Below are positions 16,642 through 24,689 of a stretch of DNA of 64,000 bases, in pieces. The position numbers and the translations under genes are program-made. Source of the DNA: Patescibacteria group bacterium (GTDB lineage Bacteria > Patescibacteriota > JACPGU01); contig JAKLDG010000001.1 in assembly GCA_022703645.1 (NCBI GenBank), forward strand, positions 507,918 through 571,917. Reading direction: 5' to 3'. Every line of letters begins with the position of its first letter. Position 1 is the stretch's first letter. The notes under the pieces are model-generated. The model did no database searches, was not told the DNA's origin, and saw only the letters and a list, made by a program, of their open reading frames with translations.

Positions 16642-18912
16642 ATGGAAAATGAGAACTATGTTGTAAAAGTCGGAAAAATTTTATCACGTCAGAAAAAACC
16701 TGACCGCTATACTTTAGTTTCTATTTTGAAACCACAAACTATCGAAGAAAAAAACCACGGGATAATATATTTTATTATCGAGATTCTTTCTACTGATCCT
16801 TCAATGATGCGGGTTGCAAAATTAATCGAAAAAACTACTATTGATGAATATTACCAGAATCTATCTGATGGGCTAACGAGTCTTGAAAACGCTTTAAAAA
16901 AAATTAATGAGAGACTCGCCAGTCTTGCTGACGAAGGAGAAATCGGCTGGATTGGTAAAATTAATGCCGTTATTGCGGTCTTGGAACAAAATATTCTTCA
17001 TGTCACGCAAAGCGGGAATCTCGAAGCATATCTGGTTCGCAATCATCAGATAACCCATATTACCGAGAACCTGTCTTCTCCAAATGAAAAACCAAACCCC
17101 ATAAAAACTTTTATCAATATTGCATCGGGAGATCTTATCGTTGGGGATAAAGTTATTATTTCAACCTCAGAGCTTTTCTATCATTTTTCTCTTGATGATC
17201 TGCGCCGTATTGCTGCAAAATTCTCCCCTTCTATTGCCGCAGCATATATAGTAAAGATGCTGCGCAAAGAAGAAATTGAATCAATCAACACTTTGATTTT
17301 AGAATTAGGCGTAGGCGAAGAAAGCGACAATAAATTTAGCGAGATTGGAAAAAAGATTTTTAATGAAGAAAATATCGTTGAACAATATCAAACAAAAGTT
17401 TTACCTTTCTGGCGCGCCTTTCTGACTAGATCGAAAAAAGGAGTCAGTCAAGTAAAAGACAAAACAAAAGAAGTTTATGGCGATCGAATAGCTCCTTCAG
17501 TGAGTAAATTTGCAGAGGAAGCAAGTAAGAAAGTAAATGAAAAATTAGCCCAGAAAGAAATGCCGAAAATCGAAAAAGAAAAAAAAGGAAAAGCCGCAAA
17601 AGATCTGTTGGGACTTATCTCTAATGAACCTACCAAAAAAGGAAAACTTGTCACACCTCAACAGGGACTTTTTGACAGCCCGCGCAGAAATCCTTTCGTT
17701 ATAATTATTAGTAAAACTACTACAATAATAGGGCATGTAAAGGAAAAAGTCTCTGGTTCAAAGAAAATGAGCCAGGTTTTCGGCATTATTGCCATTGCGC
17801 TTATTGTGATACTCACTTTCTCCGGCATCCTTTCTTATGGCAAAAAATCAGCTGCTAATAAAAGAACGCGGATCGAACAACAATACATGGATCTAAAAAA
17901 TAAAGTTGATGGCGCAATTAAAGCAAATGAACTTGGTGATATCAAAAATGCCCAAGCACTTCTTGAGGAGGCAAAGAATGAGATTAAATCCATTTCTTCT
18001 TCAAAATATATGCAAGGGGAGATTTTTGCTTTAGAGAAAAAAATCGATGATTCGGTCGCAACAATATTTAAAATACAACAAGTTGATGACGCAACTTCTT
18101 TAACAAATTTTAATACCGTTGACCCTACTATAAAACTGGGAAATATATTTCGTGTTGGAAATAAAGTTTTTGCAATTGACCGTGAAAGATATAAAGGCGT
18201 TTCTTATTCGCTTGATGAAAAGAAAACTTCAAGTGAAGCAAATCTTACTTTCGATGGCTTGATTGCTAGTATCACACTATTGAATGATAAAAATTCCGTT
18301 GCCATGTTGACGAATAATCCCGATGGACTTTATGTTTTTAATGCGAAAGTTGACGCAACACAAAAAACCAAACAAATAACTGATGAAGCCTGGCCGCAAG
18401 GCAAAGCTGTTTCAAGCTATTTGGGGAATATTTATATTTTAGTCCCAAAAGACAGTCAAATTTATAAATATGCTTCATTGGTAAATAATTACAGCGCCAA
18501 AAATAATTATATCAAAGATGTTGGGGTTGATATTTCTAACTCAATTGATATGGCGATAGATGGAAGTGTTTACCTACTGCAAAAAAATGGCGATGTGGTG
18601 AGATTTACAGCAGGTAAAAAAGATGTGTTTGGTCTTACCGGAATACCATCTGACAGCAGCGTTAAAGAAAAAGACCCGAATGCTTTGATGATAAATCCTA
18701 TCCGTATCATCACCACAGTAGATATGCAGAATATTTATGTGGCTGATGCCGGCGCAAAAAAAATTATTGCATTCGATAAAGACGGGAAATACAAAACTCA
18801 ATATGTATCTAGTAAATGGACAGATATGAAAGATATCTGGGTTGCCCCAGACTTAAATAAGGTTTTCGTTCTTTCAGGAACAGAATTATTCGAAGTAAAT
18901 ACGACTAAATAG
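16642..18912 (+). CDS. Bitopic membrane protein with an N-terminal PP2C-like (possibly catalytically degenerate) domain and a C-terminal extracytoplasmic beta-propeller-like region
   Basis: 756 aa with a central TM (VFGIIAIALIVILTFSGIL). The N-terminal motifs resemble PPM/SpoIIE phosphatases (VTQSGNLEAYLVRNHQITHITEN ~ GDSRaYlvr...lT.DH; ASGDLIVGDKVIISTSELF ~ GD.lll.SDGl), but I cannot find the DGxGG metal-binding motif. The C-terminus has NHL/YVTN-like strands (NIYVADAGAKKIIAFDKDGK). Confidence 0.4.
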   Translation: MENENYVVKVGKILSRQKKPDRYTLVSILKPQTIEEKNHGIIYFIIEILSTDPSMMRVAKLIEKTTIDEYYQNLSDGLTSLENALKKINERLASLADEGEIGWIGKINAVIAVLEQNILHVTQSGNLEAYLVRNHQITHITENLSSPNEKPNPIKTFINIASGDLIVGDKVIISTSELFYHFSLDDLRRIAAKFSPSIAAAYIVKMLRKEEIESINTLILELGVGEESDNKFSEIGKKIFNEENIVEQYQTKVLPFWRAFLTRSKKGVSQVKDKTKEVYGDRIAPSVSKFAEEASKKVNEKLAQKEMPKIEKEKKGKAAKDLLGLISNEPTKKGKLVTPQQGLFDSPRRNPFVIIISKTTTIIGHVKEKVSGSKKMSQVFGIIAIALIVILTFSGILSYGKKSAANKRTRIEQQYMDLKNKVDGAIKANELGDIKNAQALLEEAKNEIKSISSSKYMQGEIFALEKKIDDSVATIFKIQQVDDATSLTNFNTVDPTIKLGNIFRVGNKVFAIDRERYKGVSYSLDEKKTSSEANLTFDGLIASITLLNDKNSVAMLTNNPDGLYVFNAKVDATQKTKQITDEAWPQGKAVSSYLGNIYILVPKDSQIYKYASLVNNYSAKNNYIKDVGVDISNSIDMAIDGSVYLLQKNGDVVRFTAGKKDVFGLTGIPSDSSVKEKDPNALMINPIRIITTVDMQNIYVADAGAKKIIAFDKDGKYKTQYVSSKWTDMKDIWVAPDLNKVFVLSGTELFEVNTTK

Positions 18913-19321
18913 CCTTTGCTAGATTTAGCCCCCTCTCAGCAAGAAAAGTATTTATCTGATTAAAATTTTCAGCAACTTTTTTTATGTTATCAAATTGCCC
19001 TAGAGCTTTCAGAAAATCTTTCTTTTCTAATATTTCCGCAAAGATTTTTATAATCATCCCAAGCTCGGTAATATCTTTAAATCCAAGTGGGATAAAAAAG
19101 CTATCCCATTCATTCTTTTGGCCTAGATCGTTTTTTGCATTTTCGATCATAGTACCAGCCTTATTTAAAGCCGCGATATAACTCTTTCTTTTACCATCGT
19201 TCATCAAAAGACCTTTTACTAGTTCTTTAACGTCAATCTTATCGCCACTTTTTTCTTCTAAGCCAAATTTATTTTCTGACTTTGATTGCTTAGGTTTTCC
19301 AAAAATATTATCCAATTTCAT
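18905..19321 (-). CDS. Hypothetical cytoplasmic protein
   Basis: 138 aa, no TM and no recognised motif. It overlaps the stop of the convergent 16642..18912 gene by 8 nt and lies upstream of argS on the same strand. Confidence 0.4.
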   Translation of the reverse strand: MKLDNIFGKPKQSKSENKFGLEEKSGDKIDVKELVKGLLMNDGKRKSYIAALNKAGTMIENAKNDLGQKNEWDSFFIPLGFKDITELGMIIKIFAEILEKKDFLKALGQFDNIKKVAENFNQINTFLAERGLNLAKAI

Positions 19322-19364
19322 ATCAAATCTTCCTACTATTAACTTAATAACTTTATAGCTATTC

Positions 19365-20975
19365 TTACATTTTCTTCTTTGCTTCTATTCCCATTAACCC
19401 CAGACAATCCTTTAGTACTATTTCTGTTGCTTTAATGATTTTCAAACGGATCGCTTCTCGCTCGTCTCCTATTATTCTACAATTATCATAGAATTTATGA
19501 AAATCGGTCGCCAAGTCATGAATATAGGTAGCCAAACGGTAAACTTCGTAGCTCTCCCCTACTTGCTTCACTAATTCCGGATAACCGCTAAGTTTTTTCA
19601 CAACTGCAACTTCAAATTTATCAAAATTTCCAAATAGATTTTTTGTTTTCTTGTTTTTTTGTTTAATTGATTTGCCTAATACACTATTTATCCTCGCACT
19701 CGCATACTGAATATAGAAAATCGGATTTTTATTGCTTTGCGATCTTGCTAGATCAAGATCAATGTCGATATGACTGTTGCTATCGCGAGAAATGAAAAAA
19801 TAGCGTGCCGCTTCGGTTCCGAGATCTTCCACTGCCTCGCGAAGTGTTATAAATGTTCCCTTGCGTTTGCTCATCCTCACTTCTTTCCCGTTTTCGATTA
19901 ACCGCACAAATTGAGTGATAATTATATCAAGTTTGTCCTTATGCCCGAGTATTTCGGCAACAGCTTTAAATCTGGAAATATATCCGTGATGATCAGCCCC
20001 CAGAATCATGATGACTTTACTGAATTTTCTCATCGACAATCTTTCATATAAATATGCAATATCACTCATTAGATATGTGAATTCTCCATCGCTTTTTCGC
20101 ACTACTCTGTCTTTTTCATCACCAAACTTTTTAGTCTTCAACCAATATGCTCCATCTTGTTCATAAACCAAGTGTTTTGCCTTGAGATATTCCCACATTT
20201 TATGAACTATTTTATCCTTGAATAAACTCTGCTCGCTAAACCATCTATCATATTTAATTCCAAAAAACTTGATATCCTTTTTGATAAAATCATCCATTAT
20301 AATCTTTGCTCCAATTTCTCCGGTTTTTTCAAGATGCGAGTTTATCCAATCAATCCCTTTTTGCCTTTTTATTTTTCGCGCAACGTAACTAATGTAATCT
20401 CCTCGATATATATCTTCTCCTTCTTCAAGTTTTACGTCAAGATCCAGCGCAACATATATTGATTTTGCTAAAACATTTTTTACTTGATTGCCGGCATCGT
20501 TGACATAATATTCGCGCCTAGCGTCATAGCCTACCTTTTTCAAAACATTTGCCAGTGTATCGCCGGAGAATCCTCCCCTACCGTTTCCCATAGTCAGCGG
20601 ACCAGTAGGATTGCCAGAAATAAATTCTACTTGCACTTTTTTCTTTTTCCCAACATTTGTTGATCCATACCTTGATTTCTCTTTCAAAATAATATTTATC
20701 TCTTTTTCATAAATAGCCGAACTCATAAAAAAATTAATAAATCCATTGCAAACTTCTATTTTTTCAAGCTCTTTAACCTTGCTTAATCTCTCGGCAATTC
20801 CCCCTGCAATTTCATTTGGATGTTTACCAATTTTTTTTGCAAGAATAAAAGCAATATTACTGGAAAAATCACCAAATCCCTCTTTTTCCGGGACCAAAAT
20901 ATCGAGGTCCTCAATTTTTAACTTATAAAGACTCTTTACCGCCATCTGAATTTTTTTCTTGAGTAATTCTTTCAT
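19365..20975 (-). CDS. argS: Arginine--tRNA ligase
   Basis: Class I aaRS signatures of ArgRS: ISGNPTGPLTMGNGRGG (HIGH-equivalent region) and VRMSKRKGTFITL (KMSKS-equivalent), plus the C-terminal DALR anticodon-binding region. I place the start at the internal Met (MKELLKK..., ATG at 20975) rather than the longer track ORF that runs into the transposase gene. Confidence 0.85.
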   Translation of the reverse strand: MKELLKKKIQMAVKSLYKLKIEDLDILVPEKEGFGDFSSNIAFILAKKIGKHPNEIAGGIAERLSKVKELEKIEVCNGFINFFMSSAIYEKEINIILKEKSRYGSTNVGKKKKVQVEFISGNPTGPLTMGNGRGGFSGDTLANVLKKVGYDARREYYVNDAGNQVKNVLAKSIYVALDLDVKLEEGEDIYRGDYISYVARKIKRQKGIDWINSHLEKTGEIGAKIIMDDFIKKDIKFFGIKYDRWFSEQSLFKDKIVHKMWEYLKAKHLVYEQDGAYWLKTKKFGDEKDRVVRKSDGEFTYLMSDIAYLYERLSMRKFSKVIMILGADHHGYISRFKAVAEILGHKDKLDIIITQFVRLIENGKEVRMSKRKGTFITLREAVEDLGTEAARYFFISRDSNSHIDIDLDLARSQSNKNPIFYIQYASARINSVLGKSIKQKNKKTKNLFGNFDKFEVAVVKKLSGYPELVKQVGESYEVYRLATYIHDLATDFHKFYDNCRIIGDEREAIRLKIIKATEIVLKDCLGLMGIEAKKKM

Positions 20976-21013
20976 GCTATTTTTGGAATGACATCCCGTG
21001 AGGGTGTCAAAAA

Positions 21014-21496
21014 TTAATTGTCTTTCTGATAGTCTACCACAGGATATGCCATCAAGCAATCATGCAAAAATTCTTCTCCCGCTTTTTTGACCCATCCTGA
21101 ATAGCTACAAAATTTATAATTTTTCAATTCTTCGAAATCCTTAACCAACCCATGCTTGATTGGATTGCCATGAATATAGTTAAAATGTGAATAAAAATCT
21201 TTTTCATCTCTTATACACCAATCCCAATATTGATAAAATACTTTTCTGCCTTTGCAACCATCAATTTCATTGAGTTTTTTTGCAATGACGCAGTTGCATC
21301 TATTTATTATTCTCGGTATTCCGACACCCTTGCGGGATGTCATTCCGATTTCAAGTAATAAATGGTAGTGGTTATCCAAAATCACAAATGCATATAAAGA
21401 AACATCCGTATCTTGAAATATATTAGAAAATATTTCAAATACAATCTCTTTTCTATTTTTTAAGATATTTAATCCATCTAAACACCTTACGGTCAA
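21014..21496 (-). CDS. IS200/IS605-family HUH (Y1) transposase, REP-associated tyrosine transposase (RAYT)-like
   Basis: HUH motif LYAFVILDNHYHLLLEI and catalytic-Tyr region HFNYIHGNPIKHGLV, the latter typical of RAYT/TnpA_REP (Y-x-H-x-NP-v-k-h-g-l-v). 160 aa. I see no obvious IS200-type terminal hairpins flanking it. Confidence 0.65.
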   Translation of the reverse strand: MTVRCLDGLNILKNRKEIVFEIFSNIFQDTDVSLYAFVILDNHYHLLLEIGMTSRKGVGIPRIINRCNCVIAKKLNEIDGCKGRKVFYQYWDWCIRDEKDFYSHFNYIHGNPIKHGLVKDFEELKNYKFCSYSGWVKKAGEEFLHDCLMAYPVVDYQKDN

Positions 21497-21565
21497 AAAA
21501 TATATCTCATTTTCTAACTTTAGATGGAATGGTCGATGCTTGTTTAGTATTTTAATCTTTTTCTT

Positions 21566-22708
21566 CTATTTTAAAAGCCCCTCAACAATCTTGGCAACAT
21601 CATCCGCCGCGTTTGGCGTTGCAATTTTCAATGCGTTTGTTTTCAATTTTTTCAGCAACACTTTGTCCTTCATTACTTTTTTTACCAATTTTGCAATTCC
21701 TTTTGGATCATCAGATCTCAAAGCCGCTTTATTTTTGAGCAAAAACTTGGAATTTGCTTCCTCCTGTCCCGGAATTGGATTTGAAATAATCAAAGGGTTC
21801 CCCATTGCCAGAGATTCAGAAACAGTCAACCCTCCCGGTTTGGTAATAATGATATCACTAACCGCCATCAATTCTTCTATATTATCCACGAATCCAAAAA
21901 TTTTAATATTTCTATTATCCCCAGCTATTTTCTCAAGTTTTTCTTTCAACTCAATATTCTTTCCGGCTACAACTAATATTTGGATATTGGGTATTGAGTA
22001 TTGGATATTTCTGAGTACCCCCTCTAGCGGTCCCATTCCAAACCCACCTGAGAAAATCGCGGTTGTAAATCCTTTATCAATTTCAAGTTTCTTTCTGATT
22101 TTTTCTCCATCATATTTTTTACTGAATTTTTTATCGATTGGAATTCCGGTGACAAATATGCGGTCTTTTTTTATTCCCGCCTTGGTTAATTCTTTTTTTA
22201 CCGAATCTGTTGCCACGCTATATATGTCTACATCCTTATCTATCCAAAGACTATGCGATTCATAATCCGTAACCGTAAGCAAGGTCTTGGTTCTCAAACC
22301 ATATTTTTCCCGCCAAAAATTAATAATGTTCGCGGCAACGAAATGTGTGCAAACTGTAACATCCGGATCAAAATCAAAAATAAATTTCTTGAACTCGTTT
22401 GCATTTATACGGTCAAATAATAGGCGAAAATCAGTTGAAGAGGAAGGAATATTATGATAAAGCCAATCATAAAACTTCGGCGCATATTTCACCACATCAA
22501 CATAAAACTGCGTATAAAACTTTTTTGATAAAATAGTGGAATATTCCAGCAGATCGACATTTTTAACAATAATTTCTTGTTTTATTGTTTTGTTGTTTCT
22601 TTGTTTACTTGCTTTATTGCTTTTTTGTTTAATTGCCTGCTCCACCGCTTCCGCTGCTTTAATATGCCCAGCACCAGCTTTCAATGAAACAATTAATACT
22701 TTTTTCAT
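21566..22708 (-). CDS. Glycosyltransferase family 28 (MGDG-synthase/UgtP-like diacylglycerol glycosyltransferase)
   Basis: N-terminus KKVLIVSLKAGAGHIKAAEAV (UgtP/MGDG-synthase type G-loop). The C-terminal GT28 domain (ITKPGGLTVSESLAMGNPLII...QEEANSKFL) matches. It has an N-terminal K/Q/N-rich low-complexity insert. Confidence 0.7.
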   Translation of the reverse strand: MKKVLIVSLKAGAGHIKAAEAVEQAIKQKSNKASKQRNNKTIKQEIIVKNVDLLEYSTILSKKFYTQFYVDVVKYAPKFYDWLYHNIPSSSTDFRLLFDRINANEFKKFIFDFDPDVTVCTHFVAANIINFWREKYGLRTKTLLTVTDYESHSLWIDKDVDIYSVATDSVKKELTKAGIKKDRIFVTGIPIDKKFSKKYDGEKIRKKLEIDKGFTTAIFSGGFGMGPLEGVLRNIQYSIPNIQILVVAGKNIELKEKLEKIAGDNRNIKIFGFVDNIEELMAVSDIIITKPGGLTVSESLAMGNPLIISNPIPGQEEANSKFLLKNKAALRSDDPKGIAKLVKKVMKDKVLLKKLKTNALKIATPNAADDVAKIVEGLLK

Positions 22709-22716
22709 ATTTTGTT

Positions 22717-23295
22717 TTATTGTTTTTTTGATTTCTTGTTTAATTGATCTTCCTTAACGAAATACTTATTCTCAATAAACACAATTAACCAACCCACAAA
22801 TAATCCCAACCCCGCACCTAACAAAACGTCGCTTGGCCAGTGCGCGCCAAGGTAGATGCGTGAGAAAGCGATCAGAACTCCCATTACCCAAACTAACCAA
22901 GCATGCTTCGGATATCTTTTCCCAATTATATATGCGCAAGCAAATGCGGTAAATGCATGTCCGGAAAGAAAAGATGAATCTACCCATTTGACATCCCAGA
23001 AATCTAATCCAGTCAATCCGATAGTTTGATAAGGTCTTGGTCTGTTTACCGCTAATTTAATCAAGTATTCGTTCAGTGCAACATCTATAATTAAAGCAGT
23101 AATCACCAACCAAAATGTACGGAATCCTTTTTTCTTTCCCCAAATCGCAATTGCTAATGCGATCAAAATCCAAATTCCGCCCCATGTCCCAAGATTGGTA
23201 AAAAACAAAGCGACATCAACCAACCACGTTGGATGCGTCCAATGATTAATAAATGTGAAAACGCTTAGGTCGATTTGTTGAAAAAAATCTAACAT
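22717..23295 (-). CDS. PAP2-family phosphatase (phosphatidate / undecaprenyl-diphosphate phosphatase type)
   Basis: All three PAP2 motifs are present: KLAVNRPRP, SFLSGHA, SRIYLGAHWPSDV. It is a multi-pass membrane protein. Confidence 0.8.
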   Translation of the reverse strand: MLDFFQQIDLSVFTFINHWTHPTWLVDVALFFTNLGTWGGIWILIALAIAIWGKKKGFRTFWLVITALIIDVALNEYLIKLAVNRPRPYQTIGLTGLDFWDVKWVDSSFLSGHAFTAFACAYIIGKRYPKHAWLVWVMGVLIAFSRIYLGAHWPSDVLLGAGLGLFVGWLIVFIENKYFVKEDQLNKKSKKQ

Positions 23296-23307
23296 TTTTG
23301 TATTTAT

Positions 23308-24516
23308 CTAAACACTTTTTATCTTTGCAAACTTCCTCTTCCCTACTTGAACCAACATTCCAGTATAAACTGTGATACTTGCAGTAACATCTGTGATTTT
23401 TGCATCGTCGATTTTTACTCCACCCTGCTCAACTAATCGACGCGCTTCGCTCTTGCTACCCGCCAAACCAAGATCGAAAAGTAATTCCACGATTCCATGA
23501 ATTTTGCCTTTCACTTTCATCTCAGGAATATCTTGCGGCTTCTCGCGATCGCGGAATTGTTTATTGAAAGCCTCTCCTGCTTTTAGCGCCTCACCTAAAC
23601 CGCAAAACACCTTGACGATTTCTTCTGCAAGTTTAAATTTGAGATTGCGTGGATTTTCGCCTTTTTTCAGCGCATCAGAGAATATTTTAATTTCACTGTC
23701 CGACAAATCAGTTAAAAGCTCAAATCCGGGAATAATCATCCCATCCGTCCAGTTCATAACCTTGCCAAACATCTCTTCTGGTGTTTCATCCAAGGCAATG
23801 ATATTTCCTTCCGTTTTCCCCATTTTTTTTCCGCTAATATCAACTAAAAGTTTGGTAGTAATGACAAATTTTTCTTTATTCAGCATTTTCTTCATTAATG
23901 TTCTGCCGGCAAGCATATTAAACATTTGGTCATTTCCACCAACTTCCCCATCAACATTCATTGCCACTGAATCGTAAGCTTGCATCATTGGATACAGAAA
24001 TTCATGAAGATATAGGTCTTTTTCTTCTTCGATTCTCTTCTTAAACATATCGCGCGCCAGCGTTTGCTGCGCAGTAAAATTGGATGAAAGCATTATCAAA
24101 TCGGCAAAACTCAATTTTGCCAGCCATTTTGAATTATATTTTATTTCTGCCGGATTTTTACCTTTGAAATCAATGATCAACGATAATTGTTTTATATAGT
24201 TTTTCATATTGGCCTTTACCTGTTTATCAGTTAACTGAATGCGGGTCGCTAATTTGTCGGTTGGGTCTCCAATCTTGGCGGTAAAATCACCAATTAAAAC
24301 GATAATTTTGTGTCCCAGTTTTTGAAATTCTGCCAATTTCCGAAATGGTATAGCATGCCCAATATGAATATTGGGTCCCGTTGGATCAATTCCTTGATAT
24401 ATGGTGAGTTTTTTACCTGATTTTAAAAGTTTTTCAAGAAATACTCTATTTGGGTAAATATTTTCTACTCCCCGATTTAGAAGATGTTCAATTTTTGTTT
24501 CGTCAAATTTTTTCAT
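23308..24516 (-). CDS. tyrS: Tyrosine--tRNA ligase
   Basis: Class I HIGH motif (GIDPTGPNIHIGHAIP), KMSKS-like KKMGKTEG, and a C-terminal S4 RNA-binding domain (SKSEARRLVEQGGVKIDD). 402 aa. The S4 domain favours TyrRS over TrpRS. Confidence 0.85.
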   Translation of the reverse strand: MKKFDETKIEHLLNRGVENIYPNRVFLEKLLKSGKKLTIYQGIDPTGPNIHIGHAIPFRKLAEFQKLGHKIIVLIGDFTAKIGDPTDKLATRIQLTDKQVKANMKNYIKQLSLIIDFKGKNPAEIKYNSKWLAKLSFADLIMLSSNFTAQQTLARDMFKKRIEEEKDLYLHEFLYPMMQAYDSVAMNVDGEVGGNDQMFNMLAGRTLMKKMLNKEKFVITTKLLVDISGKKMGKTEGNIIALDETPEEMFGKVMNWTDGMIIPGFELLTDLSDSEIKIFSDALKKGENPRNLKFKLAEEIVKVFCGLGEALKAGEAFNKQFRDREKPQDIPEMKVKGKIHGIVELLFDLGLAGSKSEARRLVEQGGVKIDDAKITDVTASITVYTGMLVQVGKRKFAKIKSV

Positions 24517-24689
24517 ATTATTTCGTTTATTATTAATGAAACTATACTAATAATACAATAAATAACCAGAAAAACAAATATATATTTTACCCTTAATCCT
24601 AAAATTTGACATTCCATTTTTCTTGTACAAAAATCCACTCGTGTGATATAATAATTGTTGTTTCATATAACAATAATTAACTAACAATA

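Noticed and set aside
20976-21059. Long argS ORF start (MLDGISCGRL...) extending into the transposase gene
   Set aside because: The N-terminal 28 codons overlap the RAYT gene and show no ArgRS similarity. The internal ATG at 20975 (MKELLKK...) gives a standard ArgRS N-terminus.
21540-22265. + strand 241-aa ORF antisense to the GT28 glycosyltransferase gene
   Set aside because: Antisense shadow ORF (Phe/Ser/Ile-rich). The minus-strand gene carries clear GT28 motifs.
23504-23977. + strand 157-aa ORF inside tyrS
   Set aside because: Antisense to a gene with HIGH/KMSKS/S4 signatures. Its composition is typical of reverse-frame artefacts.
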